Source: an uncultured delta proteobacterium
GTDB taxonomy: Bacteria > Desulfobacterota > Desulfomonilia > Desulfomonilales > Desulfomonilaceae
DNA length: 64,000 nucleotides
Direction of reading: 5' to 3'
Assembly (NCBI GenBank): GCA_963789265.1
Contig: CAWBKB010000006.1
Location: forward strand, 160,001 to 224,000
The notes below the pieces were generated by a model. That model did no database searches. It saw only the letters and a list, made by a program, of their open reading frames with translations, and was not told the origin of the DNA. The translations under genes were made by a program, and so were the position numbers. Shown in pieces: positions 1-10,330 of the stretch (positions are counted from its first letter, which is position 1; each line of letters begins with the position of its first letter).

Positions 1-56
1 AGAGATTTAAGAAACTAATCACGGAAAAGGGAATAATTTGGTGGGGACGGGCATCT

Positions 57-246
57 GAAACTGTCTCAAAAGTGCGGACCGAGTCGAGATCGTGCCACGA
101 AAGCCGCTAGAGTTCTGGTTCCCAGGCTCCGCCTGGGAACCCATATCTCGCGGGCTCTGCCCGCAAACTGCCTTTATTTCACAATCATAGTCAAGGCAGA
201 GCCTCGCCGACAGGCATTCCCAGGCAGAGCCTGGGAACGAGAAAAC
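57..246. repeat. ~190-bp palindromic MITE/REP-like element (family D), inverted copy at 34750-34938
   Basis: Internal hairpins ttcccaggctccgcctgggaa and ttcccaggcagagcctgggaa; near-identical reverse complement at 34750-34938; splits the hairpin ggacgggcatct|tgcccgtcc. Confidence 0.85.
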
Positions 247-322
247 GCGGGGTTGCCCGTCCATTAGCGACAGCCTGTCCCACGCCTCCAATCTTACTGG
301 TAAATCGCCTGGGACTCAGTTT

Positions 323-667
323 TCAGTGATAGTCATGAGTTCCCATAACCGGCTTGATACCTGTTGCACTTTCCAAAATATTTGCCAGTTCCTCTGGTTT
401 CACGTATGGACAACCAGGCTTGGACTTAGCCAGGCAGGTACTGAAATAGATGCCGTCGGGCTTGATTTCGGATAGCCTGGCCGCCATGCCCAAATTGGGA
501 GCTACCGTACGCCCGGGACACTCGCACTTAACAAACGCGACCACCGAGGAGGGCTCGTCGAAAGTTCCCTCTCCCTGCGAAGCGGCTTTTAGGCAACGCC
601 ATTCCCCAGGGCAGCCGTAGCCACTGTCCATATAAGCCCCGCAGCCTACAATTGCGACTTTTCTCAT
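323..667 (-). CDS. CGGC-domain metal-binding protein
   Basis: 114 aa, Cys-rich (GC..CPGEWRC, CECPG, STC..CP); GAGGAGG Shine-Dalgarno. Confidence 0.8.
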   Translation of the reverse strand: MRKVAIVGCGAYMDSGYGCPGEWRCLKAASQGEGTFDEPSSVVAFVKCECPGRTVAPNLGMAARLSEIKPDGIYFSTCLAKSKPGCPYVKPEELANILESATGIKPVMGTHDYH

Positions 668-1530
668 CCTTGTCCTCCTCAGGTAGTTTGCTTGGAAGGA
701 ATATCTGGCAACATGACCTCAGTCACCTTGTCGCTGTATTCCTTGGTGAATGGTAGTGAATGCCACGTTTCGCTGTTTTTCTCCTAACACAGGTTACCAT
801 AATATTTGTTCCGAACGAATAGTGGTTGTGCTGAAACACCGCCGTTGCTTAAGCTATATTCTATAACGGTATAATTTCGCGTTGCCTATCGTGCGAAATG
901 CATCCGCGGGCCCGAGTTCAAAATGGGGATCGCATGACGCCTGTCCCCCTCAGTTCGCTAATTTAGAGCCTAAGATGACGAGCGGTATAAGCGGTGACAT
1001 GTGTGGGATCGTGACTGTTGGGGCGGCCCGCTTGCTCATGGGAGTGTTGCCCGCAATCTTCTGCACATGCTCAGGCAATTCCGACCCATGGGCGAGGAAG
1101 TCAAACGGTCAATGGATTGGCTCATCAAGTGCCTGATCAAGGTCTGAGGGAGAGTCGCGTATCACCGTCGGAGGCAGTACGTTCATGTGGAGTCGGCGGT
1201 TCCCTTGGATCGACACTACCAGGTTGTGTTCGGCTGAATGCCACCGAGAAAATTTTGCCTGACCGGGGATGGGGCGTGGCACGCTCAGAAACGGCAAAAT
1301 ACAGGCTTTTTCAGCAACGTGACAACGGTTTAGCCCTCCCTCGCGCCTTGTGGAGAAAATACGGAGCCTTTTCGGGGAATGGGCAGGATCCCCTGACCGG
1401 TCACCGGCCCCAAAAAACCGAAACCGCAAGACCGCCGAATAATTCCGGCTTGAAACGACCAGCCTTTTCAGGATTGAACGAAATGATTAAAAATATTCAA
1501 TGAGGTGATATCAAGAAAGTAGGTGCGGCT

Positions 1531-2706
1531 ATGGAGTTTCTGAGAAACGGAAGAGATGTGCCCTTATTCTTCACAATCATTGCTCTGTCCATGGCCCTAC
1601 TATTTGGTGTCTCTCTTGCGACCGGGGTGGAAGCGGATGATACATCGTTCTCGAAAGTTGTACAGTCCTGCTTTAAATCTTGGGTTCCGGACGGTTCCGG
1701 TTGGCTGAAGCCCTCTCGGATCAACGGATTGATTATGAACCATCAAGTGAAAGGTGATGAGGCCGCCGCTGTCGCAACGATTCATTTATATTTTCGGAAC
1801 CATAAGGAGATGAGTGGCCTGAGCAAGGCCGAGCTGCTCCGGGCCGACATCGCTGGAAATGCAGAAGAGCGTGTGGGAGAGTTGGCGCGGTTTCGCGTGC
1901 TCAATGGCCGATTCCGGAAGTTCAGCCAACGTCTTAAAATGGTGTCTCGCACTATATTCGCCAACAATGCGCCTCACCTGGAAGGAATTCACCAAGGGCC
2001 GCTAGGAGACTGCTGGATCGTATCCGCCATTGGCGCAGCGGTCTATTTTCACCCTTTGCTTCTGAAAGAGATGATCCTTCCCCAACCGGACGGCTCTTAT
2101 ACCGTCAAGTTCCGTGACGGAAGGAGCGTTTTGGTGAACCGTCTCACCGACAGTCAGATTGTCCTCAGTTCCACTGCCCGTGATCAGGGGCTCTGGCTAA
2201 ATGTGCTCGAACAAGCTTTCGGGCAGGTAAGGAAAGCACTCATGCCCAAGACCCGGGGCATGTCCGAACTGGATGCCATAAGCCTGGGGGGAAGTGCATG
2301 TCCTAGTGTCACACGCCTTACCGGCCATGCCTGCCGGTACTTCCGCATTCGCCGCATCCGTGCCAGAGCTTTCCCACCTGATCTCACGAGGCGCCCTGAA
2401 CTCGTGGCAAAAGTGAGAAACATCATTCGGCTAGCGGTCACGAGCAAACGCCTCATTTGTGCCGGTACCACGGTTCGCGGGAAGTTTCCGCCCGGTATAG
2501 ACCACCGCCACGTTTACGCGGTTCTTGGCTACGGCCCGGAATCCGACACCGTTACGCTGTGGAACCCACTTGGCGCCAACTTTGAACCCAAGGGGTCATC
2601 CGGCCTGAGAAACGGCTATGCAGAGGTGAACGGTATATTGCACATACCTGTACACGACTTCACGCTTGTCTTTGGAGGAATGTTCTTCGAGGCCCCACGT
2701 ATGTAA
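1531..2706 (+). CDS. Secreted calpain-like (peptidase C2) cysteine protease
   Basis: Hydrophobic signal ending VEA; QGPLGDCW (Cys), HVYAV (His), WNPLG (Asn); LWLNVLEQAF motif. Confidence 0.85.
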   Translation: MEFLRNGRDVPLFFTIIALSMALLFGVSLATGVEADDTSFSKVVQSCFKSWVPDGSGWLKPSRINGLIMNHQVKGDEAAAVATIHLYFRNHKEMSGLSKAELLRADIAGNAEERVGELARFRVLNGRFRKFSQRLKMVSRTIFANNAPHLEGIHQGPLGDCWIVSAIGAAVYFHPLLLKEMILPQPDGSYTVKFRDGRSVLVNRLTDSQIVLSSTARDQGLWLNVLEQAFGQVRKALMPKTRGMSELDAISLGGSACPSVTRLTGHACRYFRIRRIRARAFPPDLTRRPELVAKVRNIIRLAVTSKRLICAGTTVRGKFPPGIDHRHVYAVLGYGPESDTVTLWNPLGANFEPKGSSGLRNGYAEVNGILHIPVHDFTLVFGGMFFEAPRM

Positions 2707-2857
2707 AGCGAACCTAATGGCACTGGTAGTACAAAATTAGGCTCTTCGCGTAAGAGCGTACCTTAGTTGAAAAGTGAAAAAGGACACATAAAGATCAAAC
2801 CGGAACTGAAATCGTTGGGGTTTTCGGAAAGGTCTTTTGTTTTATGAGGGTCTAATT

Positions 2858-2905
2858 GCCTTCACGCGGCAGGGGGCGGAGGTTCAAATCCTCTCCCGCC
2901 TACCA
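2858..2905 (+). repeat. 3' half of tRNA-Val (att-like site), copy 1
   Basis: gccttcacgcggcagggggcggaggttcaaatcctctcccgcctacca: anticodon arm, T-arm, acceptor strand and CCA; no 5' half upstream; 46/48 identical to 9782-9829. Confidence 0.85.
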
Positions 2906-3166
2906 GGATTAGTCAGGGAAGTCAGGAAGATAGGTTGACAGGCCACTTCCTGATTTTCTTTCGGGGCCAAGGCTCTTGGTTTTTTTTGGCCCCTTTTTCA
3001 TTCACCCCCATCAGGCTTGCCCTCCGCATCGGCCTCGAATCCGAGAGTGATGCAGCCCAGAAGCCAATAGAGCGGAACAAATTGCTTGTCATTTCCAGCC
3101 AGTGAACGTATTCTCTGTTCCTGAGATGCAGACTGTAAGTATCTTGGGAAGGGTCACTGCACGTCT

Positions 3167-6100
3167 ATGCCAACTCTCGATCTCAAAACCAATCACAAGG
3201 CCGTGAAGGAATATTACGCAGGGCTCGAAGAATTTCACCGACTCGGCGTTACCCATGAAACGGCTGTCCGTGCTGCGTTCCAGAGGCTCTTGGAGCATTG
3301 TTGCAAACAAACCAAGTGGACTTTCGTTGGTGAATACAAATACCACAGAAAAGGTCAGAGGCCCCTCAGCGTTGACGGGGCGGCAGTAGACGGATTCAAA
3401 ATCCCGCAGGCTTATTGGGAGGCCAAAGATTCGCAAGATGACCTCCCGAAAGAAGTGCAAAAAAAGTTCGAGAAAGGCTATCCGAGGAACAATATTGTCT
3501 TTCAGAGCCCTGATAGGGCCATCCTTTGGCAGGATTCCCGTCAGATACTTGATGAAGATATCACCAAACCCGACACACTGGTCTATGTTGTAAGGGAATT
3601 GTTTGCCTACCAGTCCGAGAGCCAACGGGATTGGGAAGTCGCTGTTGAGGAGTTCAAGCCGCATATTCCAGACATTGCAGCTAAGGTGGTAGAACTTATC
3701 GAGATCGAGCGAAAAGACAACAAAAGCTTCGTCCAATCGTTCAACAACTTTTCCGAAGTGTGCCGCTCGTCCATTAACCCCAACTTGTCAGATGCTGCTG
3801 TGGAAGAAATGCTTGTGCAGCACCTGCTGACGGAGCGGATCTTCCGCAAGGTATTCCACAATTCCGAGTTCACGGACCGCAACATTATTGCACGAGAAAT
3901 AGAACGCGTTATTCATGCCCTGACGTCGAGGAAATTCAGCAGAGAGGAATTCCTCAGTCCGCTGGATCGCTTCTATGGGGCGTTGGAAAAGAGGGCAGAG
4001 ACGCTTGATGACTACAGCCAGCAACAGACCTTTTTAAATACAGTTTACGAAAAATTCTTTCAGGGATTTGCTGTCAAGCAGGCAGACACGCATGGAATCG
4101 TTTACACGCCCCAGCCAATTGTTGATTTCATGGTCCGGTCTGTAGAGCAGATCCTCAAGAAGGAATTCAGCAAGAGCCTCAGCGATGAAGGCGTACACAT
4201 TATTGATCCCTTTGTGGGAACAGGAAATTTCATCACACGGATCATGCGGGAGATCAAAAAGACGTCCCTGCCTCACAAGTATGCAAATGAGCTGCACTGT
4301 AACGAGGTGATGCTCCTTCCGTACTACGTGGCATCGATGAACATCGAACACGAATATTATGAACGCACAGGACAATACAAACCCTTTGAAGGTATCTGTC
4401 TTGTTGACACCTTTGAACTCTCAGAAGATCGAGACCGGAGTGGCATCCAGCCCCAATTGGGCACAATATTCACGGAGGAAAACACCGAACGGGTTGAACG
4501 ACTTAGGAAAACAAAACTCTTCGTGATAATCGGTAATCCTCCGTATAACGCTCACCAGCTAGACGAGAATGATAATAACAAGAATCGCAGATACATAATA
4601 ATGGACAGCAGGGTTCGTGACACCTTTTCCAAGGCTGGCACAGCCTCGAATAAAAGCGCTCTCTCCGACCCGTACGTCAAGGCCATTAGATGGGCGTCAG
4701 ACAAGATTCTAGATAACAGAGAGGGTGTGGTCGCCTTTGTTTCAAATAACAGCTTTGTCGGCGATTTTGCCTTCGATGGGATGCGCAAACATTTGGCGGC
4801 TGATTTCGATCTCCTGTACATTCTTGACCTTGGTGGAAACGTGCGAAAGAATCCGAAGATTTCTGGGACAACACACAACGTCTTCGGAATACAGGTTGGC
4901 GTCAGTATCAATATTCTTGTGCGATTAAAAGATCGAGCCGAAGGAGGCAAAATTTTTTATAGTCGTGTGGATGATTTCTGGAGAAAAGAAGAGAAATTCT
5001 CATTCCTAGATTCCTGCGGGGCGTGTTCGGGTGTCAAGTGGCAAGAGATATCCCCAGATGCCAAGCACACTTGGCTGACGGAAGGATTGAAAAGCGATTT
5101 CGACGGTTTGCTATCTATGGGCACACGGGAAACGAAGGCAGGGATCGGTAATGCGATATTTAGGATATTCAGTTCTGGCATAAAAACAAATCGTGACTTT
5201 TGGGTCTATAATTTCGATTACGAGCAGCTCGCCAAGCATGTTCGTCGCACCATTGAGACCTATAATGAGCATGTGTCCCGATGGAGCCGGTTTCCGGAAA
5301 AGCCTGACTTAGACAGTTTTGTTAGCCATGATGATATGAAAATCAGTTGGAGTCGTGATTTGAAAGCAGATTTGAAGCGGGGGAGACTTGCAGAGTATTC
5401 AGGGAGTAAGATCAGGCAGGCCATATATCGTCCCTTCGCAAAAATGTATTTGTTTCTCGATTCAATTATGAATCAGGACGTATTCAGGTGGCCAGCTATT
5501 CTGCCTTCCGCAGCAGCAGAGGAAGAAAATCGCATCATTTGCGTCAAAGGTACTGGCGGAGATAAGCCCTTTATGGTCTTGATGATAGACTCTCTGACAG
5601 ATGTCTCAATGGTGGGTTTTGGAACCAACGCTCAGTGTTTCCCTTTTTACATGTACGATAACGACGGTACTAATCGCAGAGAAAACATAACCGACTGGGC
5701 TGTTGAGCAGATTTCTTGCGCCCTTGGCGCCGAAGTAGACAAGTGGCAAATCTTTTACTACGTCTACGGCCTTCTTCACTCTCCCGAATACCGAGAAAAG
5801 TACCAAACCAATCTCAAAAGAGAGCTTCCACGAATACCCTTACCCAAGACCACAGAACAATTGCACGCATTCGTATCGGCGGGTGAACAGTTGGCAGATC
5901 TACACGTCAATTATGAATCTCAAAAGGAATACCCGCTTGAAAAAATAGAGAATCCTGATAAGTCTCTCGACTGGCGGGTGGATAAAATGAGGCTCACGAA
6001 GGACAAGACCGCCATAGTCTATAACGATTTTCTGACCCTTGCTGGTATCCCGTCCGAGGTCTTTGAGTACAAATTGGGCAATCGTTCAGCATTGGAATGG

Positions 6101-6259
6101 ATCATTGACAGGTATCAGGTTCACACGGACAAAAGGAGCGGAATAGTCAACGACCCTAACCGAGCCGATGATCCTCAGTACATTGTGAAGCTTATTGGGA
6201 AGATAATCACCGTGAGTCTGGAAACGGTGAAAATAGTGAAAGTCTTGCCCGATATTTAG
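3167..6259 (+). CDS. Single-chain restriction-modification enzyme (Type IIG / helicase-less Type ISP-like): nuclease + N6-adenine MTase + target recognition domain
   Basis: VDG...WEAK nuclease-like motif; GIVYTPQPIVDF; motif I DPFVGTGNF; motif IV GNPPY; C-terminal YRPF, YVYGLLHSPEYR, LGNRSALEW typical of the Type ISP C-terminus. Confidence 0.85.
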   Translation: MPTLDLKTNHKAVKEYYAGLEEFHRLGVTHETAVRAAFQRLLEHCCKQTKWTFVGEYKYHRKGQRPLSVDGAAVDGFKIPQAYWEAKDSQDDLPKEVQKKFEKGYPRNNIVFQSPDRAILWQDSRQILDEDITKPDTLVYVVRELFAYQSESQRDWEVAVEEFKPHIPDIAAKVVELIEIERKDNKSFVQSFNNFSEVCRSSINPNLSDAAVEEMLVQHLLTERIFRKVFHNSEFTDRNIIAREIERVIHALTSRKFSREEFLSPLDRFYGALEKRAETLDDYSQQQTFLNTVYEKFFQGFAVKQADTHGIVYTPQPIVDFMVRSVEQILKKEFSKSLSDEGVHIIDPFVGTGNFITRIMREIKKTSLPHKYANELHCNEVMLLPYYVASMNIEHEYYERTGQYKPFEGICLVDTFELSEDRDRSGIQPQLGTIFTEENTERVERLRKTKLFVIIGNPPYNAHQLDENDNNKNRRYIIMDSRVRDTFSKAGTASNKSALSDPYVKAIRWASDKILDNREGVVAFVSNNSFVGDFAFDGMRKHLAADFDLLYILDLGGNVRKNPKISGTTHNVFGIQVGVSINILVRLKDRAEGGKIFYSRVDDFWRKEEKFSFLDSCGACSGVKWQEISPDAKHTWLTEGLKSDFDGLLSMGTRETKAGIGNAIFRIFSSGIKTNRDFWVYNFDYEQLAKHVRRTIETYNEHVSRWSRFPEKPDLDSFVSHDDMKISWSRDLKADLKRGRLAEYSGSKIRQAIYRPFAKMYLFLDSIMNQDVFRWPAILPSAAAEEENRIICVKGTGGDKPFMVLMIDSLTDVSMVGFGTNAQCFPFYMYDNDGTNRRENITDWAVEQISCALGAEVDKWQIFYYVYGLLHSPEYREKYQTNLKRELPRIPLPKTTEQLHAFVSAGEQLADLHVNYESQKEYPLEKIENPDKSLDWRVDKMRLTKDKTAIVYNDFLTLAGIPSEVFEYKLGNRSALEWIIDRYQVHTDKRSGIVNDPNRADDPQYIVKLIGKIITVSLETVKIVKVLPDI

Positions 6260-6308
6260 GCAGCGCATGACAAGTCCGTTTCTTCAAAGAAGGCATGAAA
6301 GGGCATAG

Positions 6309-8301
6309 CATGACTTTTACCATCGACAATTATCTCGACGTAGTGAAGCTGTATATTGAGGAATGGACTCGTAGGAGCACGTCCCAATTGCTTCTGGAAG
6401 CAGGGAAAGGATGTTTTATATGGGACTCAGCAAAAGATGGAGAAAGAGGCAGTGGATGGTTCTATACTAAGGAGATGGTATCAGATTATTTTTCTGGTGA
6501 AATGGGCGAAGGGCTCGAAAAAATGATCGATGAAGCCAATCACGAACGAGAGTTAGTAGTTGCTCTAATTTTTGGCGAAAAAATTCAAGGATTGCGTTTG
6601 GGGAAATTGGGGGCTGTTGAAGGCAACGGGGGAATTGTTTCCCCTTTGCTGGACAAGTATAGAGGTCATATTTTGGATGACAATCCTAAGCTCGACAAGT
6701 ATGAAGAGCTTGCCCCGATTTCTGCCGAAGCTATCCGCCAAGTAAATCTTGATATCGTACAATATTTGCTGCGAAACGGTGAGGACTTGGCTTTGTATAC
6801 GGGGACGCATGCAAAAGCACTTTGCCAGCGGGTTTTTGATTATCTTCAGGAGAGATTGATGCTCCAAGTAGAGCAATTCAACACAAACCTGCTGTTCCAA
6901 GCTTACAGAGAAAGGGAATTGGCTGAAGCATTCCGCACAAAGAATTTGCTCGAAATGGAAAGTGAAACGAAGTCCAATGAAGGGTTAATCGAACAAGATT
7001 ATCAGAGCACGGTGGATCTTTTCAAGCACGTGCAAGCATTGCAGATTCTGATCACCATGATTCTAAAGGTCAATCCATCGGGAACAAAGGATTTTACCGA
7101 CACGCAATGGAGCACGATCAAGGCGCTTGCCTCCCTTCTGGTCGATGCATCCGTGATTAGTGATTTTTTGCATTACAATTTGGCAGAAATATCGTTGACA
7201 GTGACCAAAGATCATATCCGAGTAAACGATTCAAGGCATGGTTTTGACGTGGAGCAGTATCTCAGAAAGGAGAGCGAGCTAAGAGTTCTTACTAAGCTCG
7301 ACCTCGATGAAAACTTGGACACTGAAGAGAACCAAAGTGTAGAGCCAGAAACAAATATCCCCGATTTACCAAAACCTTTGGAAGGCGTAAACGATGCGTT
7401 TATCGAAGTATTGGGCTTCTCGTTAGAAGATCTTCTTCAGATGCTGTATAACTTGGGTCGAATTCCTCAATCCAGCGAATACGGATTTCCTTTAGTGATT
7501 GTGGGCGAAGAGAACCTGCTGAGAAATCTCGAAGAAAACTTCTTTCGGAATCAAACTCGGGACCAAATCCGTGCAATGCTGCATTTTGTAACTCTAGGTT
7601 TCGATTCCTATGGCGAGATGACGGACATCATCCCGTCACGGTTCCTTAGGCTTAAGGACAGGCTCACGCTTTGTCCTCTAGTGCGAATCACGCCAAATCA
7701 ACTAATGTTTGGGAATCAAATGTGTCTGGCAGCGTCCAATCTTTGGCTATCTTACATCTGTCGTGGGGATATACCATTCTCGGAATCGAGTAATCCCAAG
7801 ATCCAACAAGCAATCAAGCAATTGCATAAGTTTCTGGATGATAAACACGAAGAGAGAATAGGAGCGCTTGCCCGAGGAATTCTCGGCCCCAGCAACGTAG
7901 AAGATAGGATTAAGAATTTTAGAAGACTGTCACCCAGTTTGCCTTCAAGACCAGATTGTGGAGAAATTGACGTACTTGCAGTGAATAAGGACACCAAAAC
8001 GGTTTTCGTGCTGGATGCAAAAAACCGTAGCAGAAAATTCAGACCCGCAGATATTGCGAGAGATTTGAGAGATTTCTTCGAGGACCCAAAATCTCATCTC
8101 GTTCATCTTACCAAGAAATGGGAGTTCATACGAGACAACTTGCCGGTGGTTCTGGCCTATTTCGGGATAAATGACGTGGTAGGGTGGAAAGTGAAAGAGG
8201 CATTCGTTGTACCTTTGAATTATGCCTTTCTGCATGATACGAGAAATGACGTGGACATCATACTAGCTGATGAATTGGAGGATTATTTGCTCAACCCCTA
8301 A
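6309..8301 (+). CDS. Hypothetical protein with C-terminal PD-(D/E)XK-like nuclease domain
   Basis: Long ORF (alternative start 6295); GEIDVLAV...VLDAKN near the C-terminus. Confidence 0.6.
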
Positions 8302-8391
8302 GAGTGGTTGAGATCTTTCGGTGGCTGACGGTCAGGATTATTCCCAATAGAAAGGAGAAGGTGAACCCATGGTTGGAATATCGAGCATGAT

Positions 8392-9624
8392 TTGACGCAA
8401 CTCCTCGCTGTATTCGAGGTTCCGATGATCCGTGACTATCAGCATATGCCAAGCGATGCGGCTATTCAGGTACTCGCTGTCAGAGACTCGAATAACGTAG
8501 GCGACCGTTTAGCTAATCCCGCTACGTGGAAGAAGTGGAAAGCCTACTATTTCACTGGGCTTGAGCATCGCATGCTTATTTGTCCTGCTGTGTTTGCCAC
8601 AGACGAATCGCTCGTGCAACGCCCTGGACTGTACTTGAAGACAAGTCTCCCTCTTGCGGGGCTTGTATATCTTACGGGGCCGTCAGCCGAAAATTATTAT
8701 CAGACTTTTCTTGATGATCTCGCTTGGATGGCAGATTCGTACTTGTTCAAGTTTAACTCAACTCGTCCACCCTTTTATACCGAAAATGCACCGCGGTTGT
8801 ACGTGGAGCACAACAGCCTTCCGAATCACGGCCCGAGGGTCTTTGATGACGCTCGTGTTATAGCCACACAAAAGGCCAGGGACACATTAGGTCTGCTAAG
8901 CCTTCGATATACATCTAAGCTGATCGATTTCATCAAATTGAACCCGAGCGAGATCGCGGTCTCTAATTATGCCGAGACTACTCTTCTCGAAGAGATCTGC
9001 ACGCATAAGGACTTGCTTTCCGAGTCCCTGAATTACGTGGACGCCCTAGCAAACCAGAATCCACGGTTGTTGGGGGCAAGTCAACTGACTTATGGCTGGG
9101 AACCAATCACTTGTACAAAGAATTACAATCGTACAGCATTGTCATTTTACTTGGCTTCCATCAAGGAACCTATTCGGAATTTACCTGGTTCGTACATCGG
9201 GATGTTTAAGAATCTGTACAATGTGCTCGAATACCTGATGGAGCGTGAAGGGAAGCAAGCACTTAGCGCCGTTTTGCGTGACAGGGTGGGTGCCGACAGA
9301 TTGAAGGACATACTGCTCAAAATCAAGATGTCAGCTCATCCGCAGAGTTCTTTGCTTCAGTGTCTAAACACTGGCGAACGGCTCTCACAGAATTGTGCCT
9401 TACCGCCACTCTCAGAAAATGACGCTGACCTGGTGGACAAGATCGCCCACCGTTTATATACCAAACGAAATGCAGTGCTTCATTCAAAGAAAACATACGG
9501 CGGTGCGCCAGTAGAGCACAATGTACGACCTGGGGCCAGTGAGGAATCTCAGCTGGAAACAGATCTGGCCATTATGCGTCCCATTGCAGAAATTATAGTT
9601 GAGGAACTTGATCCAAACGAGTAA
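8392..9624 (+). CDS. Hypothetical protein with C-terminal HEPN-like RNase motif
   Basis: YNVLEY followed later by RNAVLH (RxxxxH); start uncertain because the SD plus ATG at 8369 is out of frame. Confidence 0.6.
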   Translation: MTQLLAVFEVPMIRDYQHMPSDAAIQVLAVRDSNNVGDRLANPATWKKWKAYYFTGLEHRMLICPAVFATDESLVQRPGLYLKTSLPLAGLVYLTGPSAENYYQTFLDDLAWMADSYLFKFNSTRPPFYTENAPRLYVEHNSLPNHGPRVFDDARVIATQKARDTLGLLSLRYTSKLIDFIKLNPSEIAVSNYAETTLLEEICTHKDLLSESLNYVDALANQNPRLLGASQLTYGWEPITCTKNYNRTALSFYLASIKEPIRNLPGSYIGMFKNLYNVLEYLMEREGKQALSAVLRDRVGADRLKDILLKIKMSAHPQSSLLQCLNTGERLSQNCALPPLSENDADLVDKIAHRLYTKRNAVLHSKKTYGGAPVEHNVRPGASEESQLETDLAIMRPIAEIIVEELDPNE

Positions 9625-9781
9625 CGCAGTACAGCGAACAGGGGTCCACCTCAATTCACCCCGTGCCATTCCCGTGACTTTTGACAGACTCATGTCCACG
9701 GACATGTCCTTGCGGTGTTCTTCATTGGTTGATTTTTCATGGGAAATGCGAAAAGACCGCTTCAGTTCTTGGGCTTTCACA

Positions 9782-9829
9782 GCCTTCACACGGCAGGGGT
9801 CGGAGGTTCAAATCCTCTCCCGCCTACCA
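9782..9829 (+). repeat. 3' half of tRNA-Val(CAC) (att-like site), copy 2
   Basis: gccttcacacggcaggggtcggaggttcaaatcctctcccgcctacca; anticodon loop tt-CAC-ac; no D-arm or 5' acceptor strand upstream. Confidence 0.85.
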
Positions 9830-9842
9830 AAGAACAAGAGCT

Positions 9843-9868
9843 AGGCCCTGTAAGCAGCAGGGTCTTTT
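9843..9868 (+). terminator. Putative intrinsic terminator
   Basis: aggccctg / cagggtct stem followed by a short T run. Confidence 0.4.
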
Positions 9869-9890
9869 AATAGGTGACTCTACCCTCCCT

Positions 9891-10118
9891 TTACTTTAAA
9901 AGCTTCTCAAATTCTTCTCGTGTCATGTCACAATCATTGATTATTTTGGTCAACAAACCAGGACCGATTGTTTCACCCACATGAACGGGCACCACGGTGC
10001 CACGCCCATCAGCATGCCTCAAGAAGTGATGACTACCCCTGATCCGGGACACGTTGAATCCAGCTTTTCCGGGTGCAGCAACAACGGTCTTCCCATCGAC
10101 GCGTGGAAGGCGGCTCAT
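9891..10118 (-). CDS. hicA: HicA-family mRNA interferase toxin
   Basis: 75 aa, RIRGSHHFLRH..GRGTVVPVH..IGPGLL. Confidence 0.9.
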   Translation of the reverse strand: MSRLPRVDGKTVVAAPGKAGFNVSRIRGSHHFLRHADGRGTVVPVHVGETIGPGLLTKIINDCDMTREEFEKLLK

Positions 10119-10330
10119 GATTCTACCGTGACTCGTTGAACCCCGACAAACTGAGAAGCGGATAGGGGAGGTCCTTGTTCTTCGAGCCACAGATCGATGG
10201 CTTCCCTGATCCTCTCCATAAGCGTATCCAGTGACTTGGCCTGGGTATGACAGCCCCGGAGTTCGGGAACAGTGGCCACGTAGAATCCCTCCTCGTCACG
10301 TTCAACAATCACGTTGAAAGCTATTTCCAT
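10115..10330 (-). CDS. hicB: Short HicB-family antitoxin
   Basis: YVATVPELRGCHTQAKSLDTLMERIREAIDL; 4-bp overlap with hicA. Confidence 0.9.
   Translation of the reverse strand: MEIAFNVIVERDEEGFYVATVPELRGCHTQAKSLDTLMERIREAIDLWLEEQGPPLSASQFVGVQRVTVES

Larger units (their letters stand above)
2858..9829 (+). mobile_element. tRNA-fragment-flanked genomic island (defence cargo, no integrase)
   Basis: 48-bp direct repeats at both ends; visibly AT-richer; RM and nuclease-like cargo. Confidence 0.7.

Noticed and set aside
882..1503. ORFs 882-1136, 1018-1503 and 1109-1429
   Set aside because: Mutually overlapping, no recognisable motifs or convincing SD; treated as intergenic or unresolved.
3167..6259. 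This RM enzyme as the source of GTAC methylation
   Set aside because: Fused IIG/ISP-type enzymes generally recognise asymmetric sites; nothing links it to the palindrome GTAC.
9760..9829. Intact tRNA-Val gene
   Set aside because: No 5' acceptor strand (expected AGGCGGG-like) or D-arm upstream of either copy; only the 3' half is present.
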